NCBI GenBank assembly: GCA_964270895.1
Contig: OZ185435.1
Length of the DNA: 64,000 bases
Source: Podarcis filfolensis
Lineage: Eukaryota
Strand: one strand, 5' to 3'
In this document: piece after piece, positions 36,936-48,369 of the stretch
Position numbering within the stretch: position 1 is the first letter of the stretch
Layout of the letters: every line of letters begins with the position of its first letter
Position numbers and translations under genes: made by a program
The notes under the pieces: model-generated
What the model was told of the DNA's origin: nothing
The model's input: only the letters and a program-made list of their open reading frames with translations
The model's database searches: none

Positions 36936-38966
36936 TAATTTCACCCTCTGGGCTTACTAGTCTCACAGGGAAGCTGGTGGGCTCTTCAAGTGGCAATGGG
37001 ATTATAGCTACGTGGCATATACAGTGTGTAAATAAATAAACAAACCAGCATGTATTATATTCAAATTGCACTACGCCCACCCTCTGATCATCCCACTGGA
37101 TGGTGGCCCTAAGCCCTATATTCCTGCCCTAACTGCACCACACAATTCAGAGAGGAAACCCATCCCTGCTTGTAGAAGCAGTAGCTGCATTTTATGGAAA
37201 GACTCTTACCGCAGTGAGGCTCTGCATCCTTGTGCATGGCAAAGGCAGTCTTTCCTCACAGTGCATCTCTCTTAGCTTGCGAAGCAACAAGCTTCCGTTA
37301 GGGTGATATATTATTAGTATCGTTTCATTTTCAGGGTCACAGGCACTTTGGCTGTTGCGCAAATAAAGCAGGTCTGTTTTCTTTTGGTGATCATGTAACG
37401 GGGCCGATCCAATCACAGAGGTCTCTCTTCGGGTCTTTCCACCCACCACTTGCTTTCTTCCTTCTCTGGGAATGAAATTGAATCCGAAAACCACATTAAT
37501 ACACTCCTAGCTCATACAGTCCCTTTAGATTTCCTGCTACTTGTAATGGAACACATTGTCAGATTTTGTTTACATTCAGATATTTTTGGAGAGAGAAAAA
37601 CTCATTCCAACCTGATTGTTTCATGTATCATTCTTCTCCACCAAACTTAATTAGATTTCATTTAAACAATTAAAGTAAATGAGAAAAGCATTCATTGTAA
37701 ATAAGATTGCCCCATAAACAATTTATAGTCAAACAGCTTCATATCCCTAAGGCCAGTAAAAATAATACCTGCAGCAAGCAATGCACAAGCAGGAAGGGGG
37801 AAATAGCTTAGGAATCCAAGGATAGAAGAAAATTGCTCAACTGTGTTTTTTAAAAGGGTTTCTAACCCTCATGCAAATTCATCAGAACTTGCTAAGGTGT
37901 CTGGTGACCAGGATATTGGACTTTTATCTCCTTGCATATCTTATGACCTCTCCACAAACTCAAGCGCTTTCCCATTTGCCACCATATATGCCCATACCCA
38001 CGCTACTCCTCTCATGTTATAATTTTTTATATACCGGTAAGTTTTTGACATATAAAATAACTCATTCTCTCATTTTTATTTTTCTTCCATAAAAAAGCAA
38101 ACAAAATAAATGCACAACATCAAAGTATATATATTAAAAATGTAGAGTCAATATTCCAGATTCACCCTTGTGAAAAACAGTAAGGTAAAAAGATAAGTTC
38201 TTCCATTAATTTAGTGTTGGATGAGTCAAGCAAAAACTGCATTGCCCAAGCATTCTAATAGGTACATTTTGCAGTTTTAGCAGTTTACTGATATCTTTAC
38301 CCTTTTCTTCTGTATAGCAGATAACTAGTCTGAAGCCTGTGCTGTTTCCGAAAGAAAAGGGAAAAAAGTCTGAGTTGGTGGGTGATGGCTTGTCTTCTAA
38401 AGGCTGCATATAATTAATAACTCAGAAATATAATTCATATTTATTTATTTTTCCATCCATCAGAAAGAGGCAAGCAAATTAAACAAACCCAGGAGAAAAA
38501 TGAAAACTGAGTAGACGTACACAGACACTTTGCTATAAGGGTCCTTGACTACCTTTAACTCTGCCAACAAAGCGGAATTCAAGGTTTTGTGCAAACAGTG
38601 TATCCTGCTTATCTTGCACACCCTGTCATAAAAAGGCACAGGCAAGCTGCTCCATTTGAGACAAAATAATGTTTTGCAGACCCTTGCCCTTTTTGTGTCC
38701 TCCCCCTTTTTACAGTTGTTCAGCTGTGCTCCTCTCTGCCTTACTTTTACCAAGCTTGCCTGCAAAATCTTTCCCCAAATAAAAGTTGGCATCTTCCAAG
38801 AATGCAATTGCCATGTCATCACCCTCTCGCTCAGCGCCCAGCAAAATGGGGTATTTGTAAGTGGTCAGTAGTTGTCACAAACTAGCACTATGCCAGTGGC
38901 TCTTTAAAAGACAAGGGGGAAGTACATCACTGGCACAAAGATGCATCAACCACCCACTACACCAAA

Positions 38967-39202
38967 GCCAACCTAGCAGTTCAAAAGCACGTCAAAGTGC
39001 AAGTAGATAAATAGGTACCACTCCGGCAGAAAGGTAAACGGCGTTTCCGTGCGCTGCTCTGATTCGCCAGAAGCGGCTTAGTCATGCTCGCCACATGACC
39101 CGGAAGCTGTACGCCGGCTCCCTCGGCCAATAAAGCGAGATGAGCATTGCAACCCCAGAGTCAGTCACGACTGGACTTAATGGTCAGCGGTCCCTTTACC
39201 TT
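38967..39202 (+). mobile_element. Sauria SINE, 5'-truncated
   Basis: Body from gccaacctagcag to ccctttacctt; 11-bp TSD with one mismatch, tacaccaaagc (38958-68) / tacaccgaagc (39203-13). Confidence 0.9.
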
Positions 39203-40937
39203 TACACCGAAGCATCTAGGCTCTGCTAGCTAGATTTGATGAGTCACAATGGGCAGGGATTGAGAGGGCATATAGTCAGTCATAGGTATGCTTGCAGCAT
39301 TGGGGGTTATCACATGTGGACTAGAAAACAGAGAAGGTGCCCCTTATTGGCAGGAAATCTTCCAAAGCCCTTGGCTGCTACTATATGGTGTTTCAGCCAA
39401 TCAAGTGTGACTCTATGAACTGGGCAAAGGCAGAATAAATTTCTTTCTAATAAGGCACAGGAGTTGTAGCTACAAGCCATTTCTTGGTGTGAAATTTCTA
39501 CCTACAGCCAGGTATGGTTATTATTTATATAACATCATCAGAGTGCACAGTACTGTACACAGTACTGGCGCTAGCGAAAGGTCCCTGCTCACAAGGAGCT
39601 TACAATTCAGGCAGTGAGAAAAATGCAGAGGCAGGGGGAATAGAAGGTGAGTGAGTTGTGTTACACATATTTAAAGTGTGCTGAAGTGGGTTTTGAGGAG
39701 GGATTTGATGGATGAGAGAGAGCGAAGTAGAAATATGTTCTTGAGTTCCATTATGAGTGAGCACATAAAGAGAAGAAGCAGAGAGGGCACACAGAAAATT
39801 CTGAGGTATATCCAATACATATGACATTGAACTAGAATTGTGTGGATAAATTAAGCTTTACTGTAATAGGCATTCGAGTGAGAGCCCCAACTTCATTAAC
39901 ATGTGCAATTCTGCATGATGATCTGATTAGCTATTACAGATCATTTAGCAGCAAATGTATAAAGGCACCACATCCCACATACCAAATATGTACACAGTTA
40001 AATTGAAGAAAAGCAAGAGAAAGTGTAATGATAGTCTGGTTTATTTGCAAACAGAGGTCTATAATCCCAAGCAACAGAGGGTAATTTATTTCCATCTGTG
40101 ACATCTCTGAACAGTTTCTGATAGACAGGCTGAATCCCTCTAATGATAGAGCTGATCTGTAGGTTCTAGTATTTTGGGCCTCTTAGTGCATCACAAAATT
40201 AGAACACCCAAAATTTCAATATTCACTGACAGAGGTAGAATTTTCAAGAGAAACATGTAGTTAGTTCCCTGCCCTATATTTTGCTCATAACACAAATGCA
40301 GAGAACACTTGTAGAGGAGAAACACATAGTCCATCTCCTGCCTACCAATTCTCCCATGCAAATACTTTCCCACAGTTGTTTTTAAAGCTTTCCCCTCCAC
40401 ACCCTAGCTCTGAATTAATAATTCAAATTGTGAATTTACCTTGTTTGTGGAGCAAATGTTTTCAGCGGAGAATAAGTGGGCATGGAGAAGGGTTTTCCTT
40501 CCAATTTCCAAATTACCTCAGCAGACGCAGATCTCAAAACACACCCTTGGCGTGATACCATGTAGCTCAGCCCTTTGCAGTGGGCAGTCATGAATGAGCA
40601 GCAACTGCCATTGAGAAATCTTTTATATGTGATTAAATTATTCCAGCTCAAATGATCAGGGATAATTTTATCCCATGTAAATTCAGTAAGCACATTATGG
40701 AACGTTGTTTATTTAGTGGTTTACCCTCATGTGATCAATGTGATCTAGTAGCCAGAGTGCTGGACCTTGACCCCAGAGAGTAACATTAAAATATTTGTCC
40801 AGGCAAGAAGCTCATCATATGATGCTGGATCAGTCCATCTTCATCAGTCTAATTTACCTGATATGGTTCTTGGTAGTCTATGCTGAAAGAAGCAAAGTAT
40901 GGATACATGGGTTATGTAACTCTACCCCTGTGAAATA

Positions 40938-41179
40938 CAGTGGTACCTCGGGTTAAGTACTTAATATGTTCCGGAGGTCCGTTCTTAACCTGAAACTGTT
41001 CTTAACCTGAAGCACCACTTTAGCTAATGGGGCCTACTGCTGCCGCCGCACCGCCGGAGCATGATTTCTGTTCTTATCCTGAAGCAAAGTTCTTAACCTG
41101 AAGCACTATTTCTGGGTTAGCGGAGTCTGTAACCTGAAGCGTATGTAACCTGAAACGTATGTAACCTGAGGTACCACTG
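40938..41179 (-). mobile_element. Tigger-like MITE, copy 2
   Basis: TIRs cagtggtacctc...gaggtaccactg, TA at 40936-37 and 41180-81; opposite orientation to copies 1 and 3. Confidence 0.9.
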
Positions 41180-43538
41180 TAATGCCTATGTATGCCACTA
41201 CCTGGTGGAAGAGGAGCCAGCATTATACTGTAGTAGCCAATTTTCTCATAGCTTGGATATTATTTATCCCAGAACAAATATTTGAACATTTCATGTTCAC
41301 CCATGTTTGTGTTGTGGGAAAATACAGTTATGTAAGGTGGCAGCAAAACCCACAAGTGCCTCCCCCTTCTGGGTAGTAAAATAATAATATTAAAGTAAAT
41401 AACAATTGGCTGTCCTTTCATGACACCTAAAATCAACTGCTGCACCCTCATGATTGTAGGACTTGTTGTGGCCTATATAGCAGAAACAACCTTTTTTGGT
41501 ATGAGCTAATCTATTGGGATGTTTGATTACAGAAAACCTGCCCCAAGGTAGCTTGTCCTGGGCATCTACAAAATCCCTGCGCTTTTAAAACCCAACTTCT
41601 AAGAGAGAGTTAAAAGGCTTGCACGACTTAAAAATGTTTCAGAAACATTTACATAATGTCTCGGAGGTTGGTATAGATATTTTCTAGTTCCTTACATGTA
41701 TCTGTCCCTTGCATTATTAAAAGGCGACACACAATTATTACTCTATGTGCTACTGAAATGTAAAAACTCATATTGGCAAGTTTCTTATGTCATTTTAATA
41801 AATACGTGCACACATAATGGCTTCTTTCTCTTCCATTGATCTGGGTCTAAGGAATATTAAGATGAATGCCAGTAACCTACATATAGATAGTGAAATATAT
41901 ATTTCATGAAATTTTTTATTTGGAAATGCTACTAAGGTCCAATCCTGTAAAATCAGCCATGGTTTGGCAGAATACCTTGCATATCATACTGAGAAGAGAA
42001 AGCTATGCTGTCTTTACAGTTGTGCAAAACGATTAAGATGTTATCTATATAAATTAATGCATGGATGTACATGTGCATACATCTATGTATACCATATACT
42101 AGCTAAGGGCCCATCAATCATGAAGTGGTGGGTAAGGTCAGTCCTTTTCCTATGCTTATGCACCACTTCTAACTAAATCCTTTACTACTCCATTCCCACT
42201 CACTACTACCCCCTATTTTCTGAGCAGAGAAGCAGGTAAGGGGTTGTTGGTTGTGGGAATGAATTAAGAAAGCCAGCCTGCTTTTCTAGACCAGAGTCTA
42301 TTCTGACAAGTTCACCAGATGCTTAGGAGTGGCTTGTGGGGAAAATCAGATGCAGAGCAGACACTCTGCCTCAAATTGGGCAGGCCATCATGAAAAGAAC
42401 AAGGATTTTTACGCTACCTCAAAAGACTAATACATTTGTTACAGCAGAAGCTTTCCTGTATTGAAGTACCCATCATCAGTTGCATGGAGCGTTTTTCTCA
42501 GTTGGCAGGCATATAGGTGCAAAGAAAGAAAGGTCAGAGGGAAATTAAATGGGGAAAAAAATCAAAGTGTGACAATTATGTCAAAGCTTAGATGTATGTA
42601 CAGTGAACTCAATGTCCTTTCAAAGTGCACATTTTATTCTCTTGAACAAACACAGCCCCGGTATCCAGGCCAGATCTTTTGTTTTAAACTAGCCTGTGAA
42701 ATATAATAGTTGCCCTGATCTCTGCTTTTAAGAAATCAGCTCACCAACAGTGTTTACATTTGAAATAGGAAGGACTTTGGCTTTGATCAGCACAGGAAGA
42801 ACAAAAGTACAATTAGTCCTAAACTGAAGCTTCGATTGTAGCTTTTTCCCACCTCCACCAACCCCTCTTTTTGTCTACAATAAACAGACATCGTCTGTGG
42901 ATTCCAGTGCCATTGGCTGTGTCTATATTTGTATTAATTGCTGAGAACTGCAGACATTTATTAAAAAAAAAATAAGTTGGAACTTGCCAATGGTGACTTC
43001 ATCTCTTGGGATTGCTCCGAATCACAGGCTTTAGTGCATGTCTAGGACAATTGCTCACTGTGCTTTAGATAAGTAATTCTTTTCAACTGGTTACTCCACA
43101 ATGACATGAAAATTGTGGAATCCAATTTTCCCATTGGGATATTGTAATGGAGTCTATTGGCCTTGGAAGATCTCCCTTCCTTCCCCTGTTTCAGTTAACG
43201 TGCAAATATAATTTACCTCCTATTTATAGTTTCATGACCCATTTCATTCTCAGCCAAGATGTCTTTTGAGTGAGATGATTTTAAACGAGATGAACAATTA
43301 AACTCTAATGGCCTGCAAAAGCTTTAGGCACTACAAACCACTGTGCATCAACTTGAACTCCTTAGCTGTTTAATTAGGAAAGGCTAGGCCAAAATCCGAT
43401 GTGAAATCCACCAAGTTTGGGGTGGTGGAGGGGGGGGAACCTAAGTGAAGAGAGTTTGGCTTACAAAGTTTAATCTGCTCTACTCTTTATTAAAAACTTG
43501 GGAAGTAACTTTAAAAAGAAATTAAATGCAAATTAGTA

Positions 43539-43762
43539 CATTGGTACCTCGGGTTACATACCCTTCAGGTTACATACGCTTCAGGTTACAGACTCCGCTA
43601 ACCCAGAAATAGTACCTCAGGTTAAGAACTTTGCTTCAGGAAGAGAACAGAAATCGTGCTCCAGTGGTGCAGCAGCAGTGGGAGGCCCCATTAGCTAAAG
43701 TGGTGCTTCAGGTTAAGAACAGGTTAAGGAACGTATTAAGTACTTAACCCGAGGTACCACTG
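43539..43762 (+). mobile_element. Tigger-like MITE, copy 3
   Basis: TIRs cattggtacctcggg...cccgaggtaccactg, TA at 43537-38 and 43763-64; small internal deletion relative to copies 1 and 2. Confidence 0.9.
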
Positions 43763-45602
43763 TATTTCACAGGGGTAGAGTTACATAACCCATGTATCCA
43801 TACTTTGCTTCTTTCAGCATAGACTACCAAGAACCATATCAGGTAAATTAGACTGATGAAGATGGACTGATCCAGCATCATATGATGAGCTTCTTGCCTG
43901 GACTGTATTTGTATCCTTTCATATAAAACAATTTCCAGTGCTTGCTCCTTAAATACCTACCTACCTACCTACCTATCTATAATCTATCTATCTCCTGGTA
44001 CTTCCATCCGACTGCCTCTCAACACATGCCCAAGTTTTTCCTAAAGGGAACTTTTTTTTCTTCTTTAAAGGACTATGTGCCTTTTGTCTTCTGTCAGATT
44101 TGTAGGAAGCTTCCCCCCTAAACTGCCCAAAGAAATTCATTTTAAGGAGTATGTCTTCATGTATATGCAGAATATTTCCTACAAAAGTGTCATATTTGTT
44201 TCAAGGAAGGAAGGGACTACAATGAAACCACTGGGCTTCTTCAGTTTGATCCAGACCAACCATGAACAGAGTTGTGCTCATGCCCACATGCTGAAGGGGA
44301 GGAAGGTGAATTATGCAGATTCCTCCTGTTTGTAAACCCCCAGGAAAGCTGCTGTGGGTGACTGGGGGACCCTCCATGTGGGAGGTGACATGGGGACTCT
44401 TTTGGGAGTGCAGAATAGAAATTTAATAAAGAAACCAACAAATAAAAAACAGATAATACTGGGGGAAGTTACCTCCATCCCATTTGTGGTGGAGGCCTCC
44501 ACTGTATCTCAGTCATTTGTGCAAATGGAAGGAACCATTCCATTTGTAGGTGAACACATCTTGATTCAACCATAGTTATTTTCTGCCTTCCATTCTGGCA
44601 ATTGGCAAGGAGGATTAAATGCTCACTCAGCCAATGAAATGTTGACCAGCTGTCAGTCCTACTTTATGGCTCCTATGTGCCAATATCATCAAGCCACAAA
44701 GAGAAGGATTTGTTGCTGCTATACCACAGAAGTGGAACTCCCTTGAAACTTAAATACCACAAGTAGGGATCATTGAGCATTTTGTTCAGTCCCCATTTTA
44801 AATCAAACAATCCTAACAGCACTTCCCAAACTAATATATGGATCAGAACAGATTTATGTTTCAGCTTTCCCTGATTTTTGCATTGCAGTTCTCAGTTGGG
44901 AAAAGTACAAAAATACATTTTAAAATGTGCATTTTAGGTTAAAGGAGTTATTTTTGGATACATACTTTACATAAAATGCAGATTTTTCATGTGGTTTAAA
45001 AATGGAAATATTGTGTGGAAACATGTCTGAATGGACTTACGGACATAGGAATGAACACGTGTGAAACTGTCCCAGACTGGAAATAATGATCTGTCCATCT
45101 CTACTCACAACTACATCAGCCTAAGAACAACAGAAAGGAAAAATGAAGATAGTACTAAGTGGTAAGGACAGGTTCTATAGAGAAAAGAAGGGTGGGGGGA
45201 GAAACACCATTCATTTTCCAGACAGCTAATTGTCTGGCTAATAGGAAAGTTCATGCGGAGTCTAATAAAAGAACCTGTTTGGCATGGAACCATTGCTTAG
45301 ATTTATGTTATGGTTAACAAGCTTACTACCACACAAGGCAAATCACCCTATCATCATTCACTGATTACATAGCAGGGGCTCCAGCAGATTAATGAGTGCC
45401 AAATACATAGAAGCAATAATTGGGCCAGAGAAAAAGCAGGAAGTGCATTGAGAATGAAAAGCGGAGTGGGAACTCCTGTGAGGTCTCCTCCCACAGTCTC
45501 CCTCGGCAGCACAAAAGCACACTGTTTTGAGAGTTAGTGTTTCACTAACAGAGCGAAGGCCAGGAGAAAATCACATATGATTTAATAAGTCTGGCAAAGC
45601 AC

Positions 45603-45620
45603 CACACACACACACACACA
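45603..45620. repeat. (CA)9 microsatellite
   Basis: Direct inspection. Confidence 0.85.
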
Positions 45621-48104
45621 GAGAGGGGGGGGTACAATCAAACTAAAATTAAACATTATTCCCATTGAGTTTAATTGAATATATTCAAGGAACCATGATG
45701 GGAATGTTGCAGCTCCACTGTTGGGCGGTAGGATGCTTTCAAATACTATTTGCTGGGAATCACACATGGGGATGATGCTGTTGCCCTCAGGTCCTGCTTG
45801 CAGGCTTACTGTAGGCATCTGGTTGGCTACTGTAAGAACAGGACTCTGTGCTCATGGGCTTGGGCCCTGATACAGCAGGGCTCTGATGTTCTTCATGTCA
45901 GCGGCACTTAAACACATAACTTTGCTAAATGTCCAGGTGGGAAGGATGACCCCCCCACACACACTTCCCCTCCCAGCTGTAGATCACCTGAATGACAACT
46001 GGGCTTTACAGCAGGTCATCAATGCAGACCTCCCTGCTTGCTAGCATTCAAATGAATACATAAGAGGAAAACCAGGCCGCTGGTAGCTTGTTAAAAAGTG
46101 AGAACCCACAGCAGATAAAACGTGGAGCCCGAACAAGAGTGAAAAGAAGCAAGATCAAGCAGACAGTGAGTAGAGATTGTTTCTCCACTGAGAATACTCC
46201 AGTGACATTCTCGGATTCATACATGCCGTTTTACGCATACTATATTCAAAAGTGACAGTGTATGTGGGTCATATCTGTACCACTACTGCCCCTTTTCTAT
46301 GCATACATCCTATAAGTATTCCAGCAAGTTTGTTAGTTGCTAGATCCAACTTTCATTGCTAACGGACACCCCAAATTGATGGGAGTGAAGTAAGGAAAAA
46401 TTTATCTCCTTTGAGATCTATGTACTGGCAAGAAGTAGCCCAGGTAGAGAGGCTGTGGGTTTTATTTCATTACAGATTTCCCGAATTTATCTGCATCTTC
46501 CACCAGATGGAGCAGAGGAGTCAAGAGAAACAGCGTTACGAAGACTCTTTTGTTACTTGTAACTTGCCTTAACAATTAGGCAAGACAGTGGCAAGGAGAC
46601 TTTTGTTTTTTCCCCACAGGGACTTTGAAAACATGGAAGCGGAGACTGGAGATGCTTGACCTTTCCGGTGTGGCTAGCGAGAACGGTTAGCAGAAATGGT
46701 TTTTAGTCACCAGCACAGCAGCTTCAGGCAATCTGGCCTACAAAATGTTGAATAAAGGCAGCAATTAGAGCATATTTTCAATCTTTTATTCTTTTTGATC
46801 AAATTGGAAATCACAAAAAATATAATAAATCCCATGGAGACACAATGTCCAGATCACCCTCACCTCACAGAATCTGCACATAATTACGGACTTTTAAAAG
46901 CTAGTTCTAGTAATGCTGTTATTTTCTTACATCACTGACAAGGGGCTAAACAATTTTTTTTTTAAAGCACAACTTGCTTCTATAGAATTCTAAAAAAATT
47001 ATACTTTCCTTTTGTAGTTAACTCACATAGACAAGCCTTTGGAACGTAAACAAGTATTGTTGCATGATGTTTCTTCATATCAAAAATATCAGTGCCTCTG
47101 TCAACAGTCAAATGGAATGCTTAGCAAATACGCAGTTCCTATGGTCAGATCATAAATTAAGTAGAACCTTATTTATACCTGCACTACACCACTCCTATGC
47201 TTACAGGAGCATTGGACAACGTGAGAGCAAACACATACACTGAGAGACATTCGGTGCTTGATATGTGCCGAATGCAGAGACATTTGTTTGAAATAACCCA
47301 CACATTCTATAAAGATATGTAAACAGTACGGCAGATTAAAAAAACAAAAACAAAACAAAAACCACCACTACAGTCAATTAAGATCTGAAATGGCCAATCA
47401 ATGCTTCTTCATTATTTCCCTATTATCCCTGAGCACCTTAAAAATTGCGCCCCCCCAATCTCTCTAGGAAGGAAGTGTAACCTAGCAAGACCGCAAGAGC
47501 ATGTCCCAGTCACAACTAGTCATCCTACTAGTTTGGCACTGTTGAGCACAACTAGAAATGCACACACACTGTTCCTGGAAAAGGCCCCACTTACAAAAGA
47601 TGCTTGCGTGATAATTGTGGCAGATCTGTCATGCAGACTCCACACACTACCCTGTTCTGGCAGATGTCCCATTAGCCATGCAGAGCGGGAGTGAGCAGTG
47701 CAGGCTGATGTCTGCTTAGTACGTGGACTATAAGGACTGAAAGTGCACTTAATCACACCTGGTTCCTGAAATAAGTGCTGTGCACACAACTGCACCTGAA
47801 GAGGCTTGGGGCAGAGTCCACTGGGACCTCAAAGCTCTGTCAGTTTCCATGGAACTTGCTCCTGATGGATCCATTGCACCTTCCTTTCATCCTCTCCCTC
47901 CAATTTTTAAAAGCCATTTCACATATAATATTCTTCAAAAATTAAAAAAAATGCAGAAATCACCTTGTCAGGGGAAATCACTATCAAACCTACAGATTAC
48001 AAAAAAGATTGCATAGGAGTATCAAATGGGCATAGGTGCATCAAATGAAGAGAAAACGCTCTTCTTTTCGTTTTCCATAACAGAATATGGCAACAATGAT
48101 GTCA

Positions 48105-48110
48105 TTTATT
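48105..48110 (-). terminator. PDIA5: Candidate proximal PDIA5 polyadenylation signal
   Basis: AATAAA on -, ~180 nt downstream of the stop. Confidence 0.5.
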
Positions 48111-48288
48111 TTTTTCCTTTTAAAAATCAAATGATCTCACTTTATTTCAAAATTGTACAAAATGGCAAATGGCTGTTTGTAAAAAAAACCAAAGTCTCTC
48201 TTTTTAAAAAGATGTGGAATCCCAGGCATTGTACCAGTGGCCCTGAGACCATTCACAGTGCAGTGGAAATCATCGTGTGAGGCAGAAA

Positions 48289-48369
48289 TTACAACTCATC
48301 TTTCCTCTTCCCTATCTTTTCATGGTCCCGTTCTCTGAGCGTCCGCATGAAAGTTGAGAATCCAGACTC
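48289..48369 (-). CDS. PDIA5: Protein disulfide-isomerase A5 (PDIR), last coding exon
   Basis: Acceptor ctcacattccag|GAG; ESGFSTFMRTLRERDHEKIGKRKDEL*, stop TAA 48289-91; ER-retrieval C-terminus. Missed by the ORF track. Confidence 0.93.
   Translation of the reverse strand, partial: ESGFSTFMRTLRERDHEKIGKRKDEL

Larger units (their letters stand above)
40797..43903. repeat. Long inverted repeat; arms 40797-41181 and 43537-43903, with a 170-bp perfect outer segment
   Basis: 40797-40966 is the exact reverse complement of 43734-43903 (checked base by base). The inner MITE portions are diverged. Confidence 0.95.

Noticed and set aside
24483-43762. Repeat-spacer-like pattern of cttcaggtta units, considered as a CRISPR-like array
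   Set aside because: The units are internal subterminal repeats of TA-flanked MITEs in a vertebrate genome, with no unique regularly sized spacers and no cas genes.
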